From Chitinophagales bacterium (GTDB lineage Bacteria; Bacteroidota; Bacteroidia; Chitinophagales; LD1), in NCBI GenBank assembly GCA_035299425.1, contig DATGWP010000167.1:17155-81154 (forward strand): a stretch of 64,000 bases of DNA. Reading direction: 5' to 3'. Below are positions 9,576 to 19,164 of this stretch, one piece after another. Numbering within the stretch: position 1 is the stretch's first letter; every line of letters begins with the position of its first letter. The translations under genes were made by a program, and so were the position numbers. The notes under the pieces were generated by a model, which made no database searches, was not told the origin of the DNA, and worked only from the letters and a program-made list of their open reading frames with translations.

Positions 9576-10730
9576 ATGAAAAGGAAAAGCATTTTTATTG
9601 TCAGTACAGAATTTTTGCCTGGGCCTGGCGGCATTGGGTCGCACGCTTACCAGGTAGCTAAAGAACTACATAAGTTGGGTTGGCAGGTAATTGTTTTTAG
9701 CGAGCAGGGTAATTGCGGCGATGAAGAGATTGAAGAATTCAACCGTCAATCGCCTTTTAAGGTATTCAGGCTATTTCCCACCCCAAGTATGGTTTTGCTG
9801 ATAATGAAGCTACTGAAATTGGTATGGGCATCTATTACACAAAGGCCCGGCGTAATACTTGGTACCGGTAAACATGGTGCATGGTTTGCCGCGCTTACAG
9901 GCAAGTTAACCTTTACTCCAACTGCACTTATAGGTCACGGCACCGAGTTTATTGTTACTATGAGCGACCGCTCGAAAAAAATAAATGATTGGGTATTTAA
10001 TAGCGCAGGTGCAATTGTATATGTATCTAACTATACTAAACAAATTGCAGAGCAGGCCGGGGTATATAATAAAAATGCCCATGTGCTGCACAATGGCGGT
10101 GATGATGCACTGTTTTACCCGGTACCTGCTGAGCAAACGCTGGCATTCAAAAAAGCGAAAGGGATAGATGGGCAGAAGATTATACTAACCGTAGGTAACG
10201 TGCAACCCCGCAAAGGCCACGAGTTTGTGATAAGAGCGATGCCTGACATATTAAAAGCCATACCGGACGCGCATTATTACTGTGTAGGGCCGCCAACTAT
10301 TAAACCCTATCTGGAGGGCGTAGCTAAAGAGATGAACGTATCGCAGGCGGTGCATTTTCCCGGCCGTGTGCTGGAGGGCGAGCTTTTGCAATGGATGAAT
10401 GCCTGCGATGTATTTGCATTAACAAGTGTAGCTACCGACTATGGCGATATAGAAGGATTTGGTATTGTAATTATTGAGGCCGCTCTTTGCAAAAAACCTG
10501 CAGTGGTTACCAGCGAATCGGGGCCGGGTGAGGCTATTTCAGAAGGAGTAACCGGGCTGGGGGTGAAAGAAAAAGACAGCAAAGCTATAGCTGAAAAAAT
10601 AATATCCCTACTGGATAACGATGATCTTAGAAATAACATGGGCGAAAATGCATACCAAAATGCACTGGCCAACCTTACATGGACCCGGGTGGTAAAAAAA
10701 TACGATGAAGTGTTGAGTGCCTTGTTATAA
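9576..10730 (+). CDS. Glycosyltransferase family 4 (PimA/PimB-like); ORF track starts at 9525
   Basis: EFLPGPGGIG, TVGNVQPRKGH, EGFGIVIIEAALCKKPAV. Confidence 0.9.
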   Translation: MKRKSIFIVSTEFLPGPGGIGSHAYQVAKELHKLGWQVIVFSEQGNCGDEEIEEFNRQSPFKVFRLFPTPSMVLLIMKLLKLVWASITQRPGVILGTGKHGAWFAALTGKLTFTPTALIGHGTEFIVTMSDRSKKINDWVFNSAGAIVYVSNYTKQIAEQAGVYNKNAHVLHNGGDDALFYPVPAEQTLAFKKAKGIDGQKIILTVGNVQPRKGHEFVIRAMPDILKAIPDAHYYCVGPPTIKPYLEGVAKEMNVSQAVHFPGRVLEGELLQWMNACDVFALTSVATDYGDIEGFGIVIIEAALCKKPAVVTSESGPGEAISEGVTGLGVKEKDSKAIAEKIISLLDNDDLRNNMGENAYQNALANLTWTRVVKKYDEVLSALL

Positions 10731-12011
10731 CTATCCCACTAAAGCCATCACATCATTTACAAAATTTTGATTATTAACCTGAGCGTTGTACTTAGCATTC
10801 CAGGTACAGAAAGCATTTTTACGCAGCACGTTCTTTTGAGCCACCGGTAAGGCATTAAATTTCTCGATGGCTATTTTAACCTCGGCGCTATCGGGGTATG
10901 GTGATAATAAAAATCCATTTACACCGTGCTCTACAATCTCTGCCACGCCGCCCACATTTGTGCCTATTAGCGGCACGCTATAACTCATAGCCTCCATCAT
11001 AGAAACAGGAATCCCTTCTGTTTCACTCACGTTTAAATGCAAATCGAACGGCCTTTCTGCATACAAGTTAAATAAATCTTCCTTGCTTGTTTTGCCGGTA
11101 AAGCGGTAAGAAATATTGCTTTTACCACCAAGCTTATTGGCCGCATACTTCTGTACTTCTATAAAATCAGCTTCGTTGTGATTGCTGTGTCCTACATGAA
11201 CCCACTCTATTTTTGCATCACCCATCAGGGCAAGGGTATCTACTATAAGGTCAATTCTCTTTAGCTTTTGTATATAGCCCACACTTATTATCCGCAGCGT
11301 TTCGTCGGTACGTTGCTCAATAAAATTTGTGGGCGATTCTATGCCAATTCGGCTGATAGCTGTTTTCTGCATTTTATCTGTATCAAAATGGTGAGCCCTG
11401 GCAAAATAGTCGCGTGCATTCGCAGATATAAAATAGATTTTATCCATCTGGCTGAAAATAAACTGACGGAAAGGATGATACTTAACAGGGCTACGGTCAA
11501 AATACACATCTAAAGAATGGGCCCGCGTTATAGTTTTCACTTGAGAGTGTTGTTGTTTCAGCAGGGCAGATGCAAAACTGCTTTCTATCATCCAGTAAGA
11601 ATAAATCAGAAGATTATTCGTATCAATATTTTGCTCAAGTATTACCTGTTGCAAAAAACGCTTTGTTGTTATTGAGCGGGAGTAAAAAGCTAAAACCTCT
11701 TTTAACAGCCCGAAAGAGATCTTTTGTTTGTAAACAAAAAATAATCTAAAAATCTCCTGGCAGAACATTGGCTTAAAAACCAATAGCAACAAACTTACGA
11801 ACGAACTACGTTTCTCAAAAGGAGTGAACCGGTAAACTACAGCATTAGGCGGCGTAGGCCTTCTTTCCTCTGAAAAGGTGTTATTGGTTATAACAATAAC
11901 CTTTTCGAAGCTTTGGGACAGCAGGTCAATTTCTTTATCCAGGTAGCTATCTGATATATGAAAGGGATAGTGCAGTGAGAAAAAAATGATAGATTTGCCC
12001 TTGCTATTCAT
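10731..12011 (-). CDS. Glycosyltransferase family 4, antisense to the surrounding operon; paralog of 12609-13892
   Basis: TRAHSLDVY, KLKRIDLI, NVSETEGIPVSMMEAMSYSVPLIGTNVGGVAEIV. Confidence 0.88.
   Translation of the reverse strand: MNSKGKSIIFFSLHYPFHISDSYLDKEIDLLSQSFEKVIVITNNTFSEERRPTPPNAVVYRFTPFEKRSSFVSLLLLVFKPMFCQEIFRLFFVYKQKISFGLLKEVLAFYSRSITTKRFLQQVILEQNIDTNNLLIYSYWMIESSFASALLKQQHSQVKTITRAHSLDVYFDRSPVKYHPFRQFIFSQMDKIYFISANARDYFARAHHFDTDKMQKTAISRIGIESPTNFIEQRTDETLRIISVGYIQKLKRIDLIVDTLALMGDAKIEWVHVGHSNHNEADFIEVQKYAANKLGGKSNISYRFTGKTSKEDLFNLYAERPFDLHLNVSETEGIPVSMMEAMSYSVPLIGTNVGGVAEIVEHGVNGFLLSPYPDSAEVKIAIEKFNALPVAQKNVLRKNAFCTWNAKYNAQVNNQNFVNDVMALVG
11990..11997 (+). promoter_or_regulatory. 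Candidate Bacteroidota sigma-A -7 element (TAGATTTG) for the acyltransferase, lying inside the 5' end of the antisense GT4
   Basis: Exact TAnnTTTG match 25 nt upstream of ATG 12023. No matching -33 TTTG found. Confidence 0.45.
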
Positions 12012-12022
12012 ACTCAGCTAAT

Positions 12023-12619
12023 ATGAAATTAATCAACAGAATAAAAAACAAAATTAAGTACGAGTTTTTGCGTATGATAAAGCCGGAGATTATCTCTTAC
12101 CCTGGCAGTGATGCGGATGACCCCCTTAAAAAAAAGCGTTTCAGCAATTTCAGCCACATTTCTAAACCAGAAAATGTAAGCATTGGCGATAGTGTTTTTA
12201 TAGGTCACTACAACTATATAGATGGGTTTGAAAAAATTGAGATTGGCGAACGCTGCCAGATTACAAATTTCATAAGTATACTTACGCACTCTTCACATAA
12301 TTCTATCCGTCTGTATGGCCCTAAGTATGTTGCCAATTGGGGAACTAAGATGAAAGGCCTGCAATATGGCGAAGTAAAAATCGGGGCTTATACATTTATT
12401 GGGTCGCACTGCATTATCCTTCCCGGCACCGTATTGGGTAAAGGTTGCCTGGTAAGTGCCTATAGCCTGGTAAAAGGCCAGTTTCCTGATTACTCTGTTT
12501 TAAGGGGCATACCTGCTGTGGTAGTAGGCGACACGCGTAAGATGGATGAAAAATTACTGGCCGAATTTCCTGAACTAGAAGAGATGTATTATCATAAAAA
12601 TCTAACAACTAAAGGGTAA
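12023..12619 (+). CDS. Hexapeptide-repeat (left-handed beta-helix) O/N-acyltransferase
   Basis: VSIGDSVFIG, IEIGERCQI, VKIGAYTFIGSHCIILPGTVLGKGCLVSA, GIPAVVV. Confidence 0.88.
   Translation: MKLINRIKNKIKYEFLRMIKPEIISYPGSDADDPLKKKRFSNFSHISKPENVSIGDSVFIGHYNYIDGFEKIEIGERCQITNFISILTHSSHNSIRLYGPKYVANWGTKMKGLQYGEVKIGAYTFIGSHCIILPGTVLGKGCLVSAYSLVKGQFPDYSVLRGIPAVVVGDTRKMDEKLLAEFPELEEMYYHKNLTTKG
12049..12056 (-). promoter_or_regulatory. Candidate -7 element (TAATTTTG on minus strand) for GT4 10731-12011, lying inside the acyltransferase gene
   Basis: Plus-strand CAAAATTA is an exact TAnnTTTG match on the minus strand, 37 nt upstream of the ATG at 12011. Confidence 0.4.
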
Positions 12620-13892
12620 GCATCTTCTCAATTAGCGCAGCGCTGTTTCTATCTGCATCAAATTTTTCCTGCCAGGTTTTACGTGCCTGTTTAACCAGTT
12701 CTTCTTTACGTGCTAAGGGTAAATTGTACCAAGCGCGTATACTATCTGCTACCTGTTGTTCATTTATATCAACAGGTAGTAAAAACCCGTTTTCAGCATC
12801 TTGTATTATTTCGGGCACACCACCTACACTTGTGCCTATCACAGGCACCCCAAATGACAAAGCCTCCATCATTGAAACCGGAGTTCCTTCAGTAGTGCTT
12901 AAATTTATCAGCAAATTTATTTTGCGCTCAGGATAAAGTTCAAACAATTCCTCGCGGGTAACCCGGCCCAAAAATTCATAGCTAAGATTTTTTTTATGGC
13001 CCAGGTATTCTTCTGCCAGCGCTTTTAATGCAGGAAAACGCCCTGTGCCATAATCATCGCCCACGTGTATCCATTCAATTTCTATATCGTTTATCAGTGC
13101 CAGTGCTTTTATGAGTAGGTCTATCCTCTTTAGAGGTTGTATCCAGGCATTACTAAGAACTACAACGCGGTTAAAATTCTGCTTATAAGGTTTTAATGCG
13201 CATTGCGAGCCTATGCGGTTTACTATGCCCTTTTGCTGAAATGGTTTGCTGATATGATGTTGCGAAAAAAAGTACTGTCGCCCTTGCTCAGAAATGAAAG
13301 CAAACAAATCGCTCTTTAAGTAAACATAGCGCCGAAAGGGATGGTAGTGTTCGGGAACCCTATCAAAATACAGATCCAGGCTATGTGTCCGCACTACAGT
13401 TTTTAAAGGGTATTTTTTTTTTATCAATGTTGATGCGAGAGCATATTCAAAATTCCAGTAAGAATATACCCAAACATCGTGCGTAGTAAAATCCACAGAG
13501 CTTAAAAGCTTATCAAGAAACTTTTCCACTTTTACAGCCTTTGCAGCATAAGCTGCAATGGCTTTTAGCAAATCCAAGTTTAATGAGCGGCCATATACAC
13601 TTTTGAGCGCCTTTATTTCATTGCGAAAGAAACTGCGTGCCATAACCAGAGGCAACAACAGTTTATCTAAGGTTGATATATCTAACCGGAGATTATGCAC
13701 CATCACATTATTGGCTACTTCTACCTGCCCATTATGATCGGTACTCATTGAAATCACGATTACGGAATCAAAATTACGGCTAAGCTCTTCCACCTCACTT
13801 AACAAATAGGCATCATATAACACCTTGTTATGTGTTTTAGGATAAAATAATGTAAAAAAGAATGCTATTCTTTTTTTGCTATGTTTGTCCAT
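12609..13892 (-). CDS. Glycosyltransferase family 4, antisense; paralog of 10731-12011 (ORF track GTG start 13898)
   Basis: VRTHSLDLY, PLKRIDLL, NLSTTEGTPVSMMEALSFGVPVIGTSVGGVPEII. Confidence 0.88.
   Translation of the reverse strand: MDKHSKKRIAFFFTLFYPKTHNKVLYDAYLLSEVEELSRNFDSVIVISMSTDHNGQVEVANNVMVHNLRLDISTLDKLLLPLVMARSFFRNEIKALKSVYGRSLNLDLLKAIAAYAAKAVKVEKFLDKLLSSVDFTTHDVWVYSYWNFEYALASTLIKKKYPLKTVVRTHSLDLYFDRVPEHYHPFRRYVYLKSDLFAFISEQGRQYFFSQHHISKPFQQKGIVNRIGSQCALKPYKQNFNRVVVLSNAWIQPLKRIDLLIKALALINDIEIEWIHVGDDYGTGRFPALKALAEEYLGHKKNLSYEFLGRVTREELFELYPERKINLLINLSTTEGTPVSMMEALSFGVPVIGTSVGGVPEIIQDAENGFLLPVDINEQQVADSIRAWYNLPLARKEELVKQARKTWQEKFDADRNSAALIEKMLTL
13880..13887 (+). promoter_or_regulatory. 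Candidate -7 element (TATGTTTG) for methyltransferase 13911, inside the first codons of the antisense GT4
   Basis: Exact TAnnTTTG match 23 nt upstream of ATG 13911. Confidence 0.45.
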
Positions 13893-13910
13893 ACCCACGC
13901 AATATATAAA

Positions 13911-14723
13911 ATGACTGTATTTGTTAGAAAACTCGTAAACAAAATAGCTTCTGTGCTATTAAATAATCCGGCCACTAACTGGATTTTGATTGCCACCGGC
14001 TACGACTATTTACCCAAGGTTGTATTGCAAAAAAACAATTATCAAACACGAAAATACCTGGATGCGCTAACCCCGCATGAAAATGTGGGCTACTCGCTTA
14101 GGCCCGAAATACAGAAGCTTGTAAATGGTGCCCAGAGTAAATTAAAAAAATTTGCAAATGAGCACCTACTGCCGGGCCAGGCAATTTTAGATATAGGTTG
14201 CGGTGCGGGGTTATATTTAAAAGAATTTAATGATGCACCCTTTGAACTGTATGGTATAGATTTAAATGAAGCTTTTTTAGCTCAGGCAAAAGCAGTGGCG
14301 CCCAAAGCCCACTTGGTTAACGCAAACTATATAACCGGCTTTAATGCACCCCGCAAGTTTGACTTAATATGCAGTTTTAGCGTAACTATGTATATAGAGC
14401 CTTCGCGGATGAAGCTTTTTTTTGACAAAATGTATAACGACCTGAACCCCGGCGGGTATATATTTATTCAATATAGCCAGGCTATGCTATTTAGCGACCT
14501 GTTTTATCCTGAGCTTACTTACATTAAATACTCGCCGCACCGCATAGATAAACTGGCAGCGCAAAAATTTATTACTGTAAAACACGAGCACTTTTACCAT
14601 GGGCATAAGGCCAAATGGTACGATGGCAAGCATTATTACTTTCCCGATGGCACCAATACACGGTTGGATACCTTGGAAAATAGCTTTCTTTTGGTGCTTC
14701 AAAAACCAGGCAATGCGAGTTAG
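13911..14723 (+). CDS. Class I SAM-dependent methyltransferase (ORF track start 13881)
   Basis: ILDIGCGAG, YGIDLNE, FDLICSF, LNPGGYIFI. ATG preceded by A-rich AATATATAAA. Confidence 0.85.
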   Translation: MTVFVRKLVNKIASVLLNNPATNWILIATGYDYLPKVVLQKNNYQTRKYLDALTPHENVGYSLRPEIQKLVNGAQSKLKKFANEHLLPGQAILDIGCGAGLYLKEFNDAPFELYGIDLNEAFLAQAKAVAPKAHLVNANYITGFNAPRKFDLICSFSVTMYIEPSRMKLFFDKMYNDLNPGGYIFIQYSQAMLFSDLFYPELTYIKYSPHRIDKLAAQKFITVKHEHFYHGHKAKWYDGKHYYFPDGTNTRLDTLENSFLLVLQKPGNAS

Positions 14724-15708
14724 TATTTTACAAGAAGAATTATCAAAAGAGGCTCTTCGAAAATTACCTTTCCCCTTTTGTAAAGAATATGCTGATTTTG
14801 AGAAAGGAAGAGGATTTAGCTACTACATTCTTTCTGACGAAAAGAAAGAAATATTTATACCATTAAAAGTTTCGAAAAGACAAATTTTTTATGTCGCCAT
14901 ATTTACCCATGCACCGGTTAAAATTAATGATGATTTAAGCCCTGTAGAGGAAAAAGAATTTATATCTGCAGCTGCTGATTTATGCGCCAAGCAGCTTAAA
15001 TGCATCCGTATAGAACCGGGCTCTACCATATCGGCCTATCATGCTTTTCCTGACAATGCTACAGCCGTAGAACTAGGCATTTTCAGCATCAATTTGCTGC
15101 GTACAGAAGAAGAAATATTTGCCGATTTTAATCCCAAATACCGCACACAAATACGTAAAGCAGAAAGCCAGGGAATAGATGTACGATACGGCAGGAATGA
15201 AATTGGCGCCTTTTACGAGTGCTATGCCCATACGCATGACAGACAAGGCGCAGCCCATGAAAATCTCGCTTTTTTTGAGGATATGTATGATGCCTTGGGC
15301 GAGGATAAGACTATTTGCTGTACCGCTTATGCAAATGGCATGCTGGAATCAGGGACATTTATTGTATTTAACGATTATGCCGGATACTATATGTATGCGG
15401 GATCGGCAGAAAAAACGCTAATGAAGGGTAGTACCCGCAAAATATTATGGGAGTGCATGAAAGTGATGAAACAACGGGGAAGTGCAAAATTTGTATTAGG
15501 CGGTGCACGCTATAAAAATGTAGAAGGCACTAAATTTGAGCAGATACAGGATTTTAAGCGTCGGTTTGGAGCAGAAATTAAAGATGGTTATATCTGGAAA
15601 AAAGATTTGAACCCAGCTATGTGCAAGCTATATGATTTCTTATTTTGGCTCAGATGTCGGTTAAGGGGAAATGAGGTACCAAAGGATATTGTTGACAGTC
15701 AATTGTAA
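14713..15708 (+). CDS. FemAB/FemX-like GNAT-fold aminoacyl/acyl-transferase (VimA-like candidate)
   Basis: INLLRTEEEIFADFNPKYRTQIRKAESQG (Fem-type helix motif), YYMYAGS, FVLGG, FKRRFG. ATG 14713 overlaps the upstream stop. Confidence 0.72.
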   Translation: MRVSILQEELSKEALRKLPFPFCKEYADFEKGRGFSYYILSDEKKEIFIPLKVSKRQIFYVAIFTHAPVKINDDLSPVEEKEFISAAADLCAKQLKCIRIEPGSTISAYHAFPDNATAVELGIFSINLLRTEEEIFADFNPKYRTQIRKAESQGIDVRYGRNEIGAFYECYAHTHDRQGAAHENLAFFEDMYDALGEDKTICCTAYANGMLESGTFIVFNDYAGYYMYAGSAEKTLMKGSTRKILWECMKVMKQRGSAKFVLGGARYKNVEGTKFEQIQDFKRRFGAEIKDGYIWKKDLNPAMCKLYDFLFWLRCRLRGNEVPKDIVDSQL

Positions 15709-15710
15709 TT

Positions 15711-16748
15711 GTGAAGAAAACTCTGCTGCTCACATTTGATTATGAGCTATACCTGGGCGCCAATAGTGGCTCTGCCCAAAACTGTTCGATACTGCCTACC
15801 AATAAAATATTAGATATTTTGGGCAAGTATAAATGCACCGGTGTGTTTTTTATAGATAGCCTGTACCTGGTGCGGCTTAAAGAGGAAGTAGGCAGACAGC
15901 CTGCTGCACAAAAAGATTTTGACAGCGTTTTGGCACAAATACAGCGCATGGTGCGTGATGGCCATTTGGTTTACAACCACTTACACCCGCACTGGCTGGA
16001 TGCAAAATACGATGCCATCAGCAACACCTGGAACCTGGCGGATAAAAGTAAATTTGCCTTAAGCAATCTCAACCCCGCCGAACAGGATTATGTATTTGAT
16101 AGCAGCATGCAGCTGCTGTATAATATAATTAAACCGGTTAATCCCGATTATAAAATAAACGGCTACCGTGCTGGTGGTTTTTTTATTCAGCCATTTGAAA
16201 TTTTTAAGCGGCAGTTTATAAAGTATGGTATAAAATATGAGTTTAGTGTGCAGGCCGGCGCAAAATGCTCTGGACCCAACAACAGTTACTCATTTGACTA
16301 TACATCTACACCGGATAAAAGTTTTTATAATTTTGAAGACAAAGTTATACTGGAAAACCCCAACGGGCAATTTGTGCAATTTCCACTGCGCGAGTGCCGG
16401 GTAGAGGGTTGGCGCAAAATATATTCGGGGCTCCACTACAGGTTAACCTCACGCTATAAATACTACCAGCGCTATGGCGATGGCCTGCCATCGGGCAACC
16501 AGATAACTTTTGAAAAAGCCGGCATAAAAAGCCGCTTTAGCCACACCGAAGGCTTTAGCATAGAAAGCATGAATTCAGTAAAAATTGATTATTACATGCA
16601 GGAACTGGAAAATCACAATCACCTGCACATTATATCGCACCCGAAGCTGATATCGGATTATACACTTGATGTATTGGATAAGTTTCTGGCCCGCGTCACC
16701 AATAAATTTGAAATTATAACCCATCCGGCGTTAATTGCAGGGCAATAG
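15711..16748 (+). CDS. Polysaccharide deacetylase (CE4/NodB-like; VimE-like candidate)
   Basis: LLTFDYELY (TFD motif), NHLHPHW metal-binding His motif, GYRAGGF, IISHPK. Confidence 0.8.
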   Translation: MKKTLLLTFDYELYLGANSGSAQNCSILPTNKILDILGKYKCTGVFFIDSLYLVRLKEEVGRQPAAQKDFDSVLAQIQRMVRDGHLVYNHLHPHWLDAKYDAISNTWNLADKSKFALSNLNPAEQDYVFDSSMQLLYNIIKPVNPDYKINGYRAGGFFIQPFEIFKRQFIKYGIKYEFSVQAGAKCSGPNNSYSFDYTSTPDKSFYNFEDKVILENPNGQFVQFPLRECRVEGWRKIYSGLHYRLTSRYKYYQRYGDGLPSGNQITFEKAGIKSRFSHTEGFSIESMNSVKIDYYMQELENHNHLHIISHPKLISDYTLDVLDKFLARVTNKFEIITHPALIAGQ

Positions 16749-16753
16749 CCATT

Positions 16754-18046
16754 ATGCAAAAGGTATTGATAATTGCGTATTTCTTTCCACCGTGTAACCT
16801 TACTGCATCGGCCCGGCCGGCCGCATGGGCCAAATACCTCGGCCAGTTTGGCTACTATCCTATTGTAATTACCCGCAATTGGGATATTGCCATCAATAAG
16901 CCATCGGATATTTCGAAAACATCGGGCGAGGCTGAAAAGAAAGTGGAGAATGAACAAAGTACGGTGTATTACCTGCCTTATAAAGCATCGCTGAAGGACA
17001 AAATATACGCTGAGCATGGCGATAATAGATACCGTTTGCTACGCAAGGCACTTTCGTTTTTAGAGGTATTGTTTCAAAATTTCTTTTTGAGTGTAGTGCC
17101 TTTCAGCAATTTTTATGATAAAGCTGTTGAATTGGTTGAAAAAAATAAGGACTTAAACCGGGTGGTGATAACCGCTAATCCCTTTGTATCCTTTTTTATA
17201 GGCTACCGGTTGAAGACAAAATTTCCGCATATAAAATGGGTGGCTGACTACCGCGACGACTGGAGCACCAGCGATATAAATGTGCGCGAAAACAAGTTGG
17301 CAGAATTCATATTTAAGCTGGAGAACCGTAGTGAGAAAAAATGGGTGGGCACGGCAGCTATCATTACCACCATTTCTTCCTTTTATGCGCACAAGATATC
17401 GAAGTATGTTGGCGTAAAGGCTACAACCCTTTTGAATGGTTTTACCGAAGACGATTTAGCCAAAGTAAAAGACACCTCGCAACCCGGCGAGTTAAACATA
17501 ACCTACAACGGCACCTTATACCCCACACAAAATATTGAGCCTTTTTTACAAGGGTTTAAAAAAGCCGTAGATACATACGGCAACAGACTTAAATGCAAAT
17601 TGTATTTTCCAGGGCTGGCTTATTATGCCGAGCAGGCCAACCGCGTGCGCAGCAATATGCAGGGTTATGAAAATACGCTGGAGATAACCGAGCGCATACC
17701 CCGCGCTCAGGTATTTGATATACAAAACCGCTCGCATGCCTTTTTAATGGTATCGCACAATGGCATTAAAGGTATACCCAGCAGCAAGTTGTACGAATAT
17801 TTATGTTTCAGGAAACCTGTAATATTGTGCCCTAATGATGGCGATATTGTAGAAGAAACCCTGAACGACACCAACACCGGTATAATTTGTAATACGGCAG
17901 AGGATGTGTTTAAGGGTATAAGCCTGCTGGCAGAAGATATTTTGAAAAACGGCAGGGTTACCGCTGTGGCCAACGACGAACGTGTAATGAGCTATTCGAG
18001 AAAAAACCAGGCCAAAGTGCTGGCAGAAATACTAAACGGATTATGA
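16754..18046 (+). CDS. Glycosyltransferase family 4-like
   Basis: VLIIAYFFPP, WVADYRDDW, ITYNGTLY, IPSSKLYEYL. Confidence 0.8.
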   Translation: MQKVLIIAYFFPPCNLTASARPAAWAKYLGQFGYYPIVITRNWDIAINKPSDISKTSGEAEKKVENEQSTVYYLPYKASLKDKIYAEHGDNRYRLLRKALSFLEVLFQNFFLSVVPFSNFYDKAVELVEKNKDLNRVVITANPFVSFFIGYRLKTKFPHIKWVADYRDDWSTSDINVRENKLAEFIFKLENRSEKKWVGTAAIITTISSFYAHKISKYVGVKATTLLNGFTEDDLAKVKDTSQPGELNITYNGTLYPTQNIEPFLQGFKKAVDTYGNRLKCKLYFPGLAYYAEQANRVRSNMQGYENTLEITERIPRAQVFDIQNRSHAFLMVSHNGIKGIPSSKLYEYLCFRKPVILCPNDGDIVEETLNDTNTGIICNTAEDVFKGISLLAEDILKNGRVTAVANDERVMSYSRKNQAKVLAEILNGL

Positions 18047-19137
18047 AAAAAATACTGGCCTGTGTAGGCACCCGCCCAAATTTTATTAAGATAGTAAAGC
18101 TGGAAAAGCTATTTGCCGAAGCGGGATTTGAATACCGCATACTGCACACCGGCCAGCATTTCGACCAAAAGATGAGCGATGTATTCTTCCACCAGCTTAA
18201 GCTGCGCAAACCCGACTACTATTTAGGTATAGGCGGTGGCAGCAACAATGAGGTAGTGGGTAAAATAATAGTAGAAACAGAAAAAATATTACTGGAGTAT
18301 AAGCCAGACATACTGATAGTGCCCGGCGATGTAAACTCAACCTTTGCCTGTGCCTTTGCGGCAGCATCGCTGCGGATACCAGTAGGCCACATAGAGAGCG
18401 GCCTGCGCAGCGGCGATATGGATATGCCCGAAGAACGCAACCGGATATTGACTGACTCTTTATCGGACTTATTATTTGTAACCGAACCGGTAGGGGTTGA
18501 CTTTTTGCGCAAGGCCGGTGTAGACGAAAAGAAAATAAAACTGGTAGGTAACACTATAGTAGATGCACTAACAGAAATGCTGCCGGTAGTAGATGATTGT
18601 AAAGTGCTGGATGAACTTGGTGTAGCCAAACCATATGCGGTTGTTACCTTCCACCGTCCCGTAAACGTAGATGACGAAAAGAACCTGGGTATAATAGTAG
18701 ATGCATTGGCGCGCATATCGGTAATGATGCAAGTGGTGTTCCCTATACATCCGCGCACATTAAAAAGACTGGAGGCAACAGGATTAAAAAGCAAAATAGA
18801 TAACCCCAACATTAAACTGACAGAACCTCTAGGCTATATTGAGTTTTTGAAACTGATGAAAGAAAGCGTTTGTATCATCAGCGATTCCGGCGGGGTGCAG
18901 ATAGAATCGAGCTATTTTAACATACCGTGCTTTACCGTACGCGATACTACTGAGCTGAAGATAACCATAGAAGAAGGTACCAACCGGCTAATGGAGCTGG
19001 ATGCAGCTAAAATTGCAGCCGAAGTAAAACAGGTAATTGACAAACCCAACACCCCGCCCAAACAGCCATGGCTGTGGGATGGCAAGGCCTCTGAGCGCAT
19101 TGTAGAAGAGGTAAAGAGTTTTTTAATCGGGCGATAA
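18043..19137 (+). CDS. wecB: UDP-N-acetylglucosamine 2-epimerase, non-hydrolysing (WecB/WbpI family)
   Basis: GTRPNFIK, HTGQH, GDVNS, HIESGLRS, MPEERNR, SDSGGVQIE. Confidence 0.92.
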   Translation: MKKILACVGTRPNFIKIVKLEKLFAEAGFEYRILHTGQHFDQKMSDVFFHQLKLRKPDYYLGIGGGSNNEVVGKIIVETEKILLEYKPDILIVPGDVNSTFACAFAAASLRIPVGHIESGLRSGDMDMPEERNRILTDSLSDLLFVTEPVGVDFLRKAGVDEKKIKLVGNTIVDALTEMLPVVDDCKVLDELGVAKPYAVVTFHRPVNVDDEKNLGIIVDALARISVMMQVVFPIHPRTLKRLEATGLKSKIDNPNIKLTEPLGYIEFLKLMKESVCIISDSGGVQIESSYFNIPCFTVRDTTELKITIEEGTNRLMELDAAKIAAEVKQVIDKPNTPPKQPWLWDGKASERIVEEVKSFLIGR

Positions 19138-19164
19138 AGTTATTTTTGGGGATATTTGAGAGGG

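Noticed and set aside
10700-13930. Invertible DNA segments explaining the antisense GTs
   Set aside because: I found no inverted repeats at the junctions by eye and no recombinase in the window. Not excluded without long-read data.
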